A DNA stretch of 64,000 bases from Nemertoderma westbladi (taxonomy: Eukaryota > Animalia > Xenacoelomorpha). Below, piece by piece: positions 63,810 to 64,000 of the stretch. Below the pieces are notes generated by a model, which was given only the letters and a program-made list of their open reading frames with translations, was not told the origin of the DNA and did no database searches. Position 1 is the first letter of the stretch. The number at the start of each line of letters is the position of its first letter. The stretch lies in contig JAUCBJ010001576.1 in the NCBI GenBank assembly GCA_032718475.1, positions 3,578 through 67,577 of the forward strand, written 5' to 3'. Made by a program: the position numbers and the translations under genes.

Positions 63810-64000
63810 GGTGGATGTTAGAAGGGTTAAAGTTACTGAACGAACGTTAACTAATAACAGATGTTCAAAGGTTCCCTCTCAGCCACTCTAACCATCAGAG
63901 GCGAGACAACGTTGAATAAGCCTAAGTATATCATCAACGATTGGTTTAATTCCAAATTCTGCCAACCCTAACTGCCTAATATGATAATAGGGTGAGTCTA

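Overview
Animal (invertebrate-like, AT-rich non-coding) genomic window. From left to right it holds: an intact single-ORF BEL/Pao LTR retrotransposon (minus strand); two intronless NAT8/camello-like GNAT acetyltransferase paralogs separated by RTE-type LINE remnants and a MITE; and a complete 9-exon kinesin-II KIF3B-like gene on the minus strand (63809 to 19566, 2217 nt CDS, 738 aa, all splice sites GT-AG and frame-consistent). Two KIF3B introns are inflated to 16.4 and 17.9 kb by three unrelated satellites (51, 24 and 20 bp units). The 51-bp array is split by a 5.2-kb foldback/MULE-like transposon with a 9-bp TSD, and each unit carries an RFX X-box-like 14-mer, with two consensus X-boxes just beyond the array end. 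An intronless VPS41 gene is nested antisense in intron 2, and the exon 2 donor is triplicated by a 39-bp in-frame repeat. The long repeat-derived ORFs are satellite artefacts. Family assignments come from motif recognition only; no database search was run.
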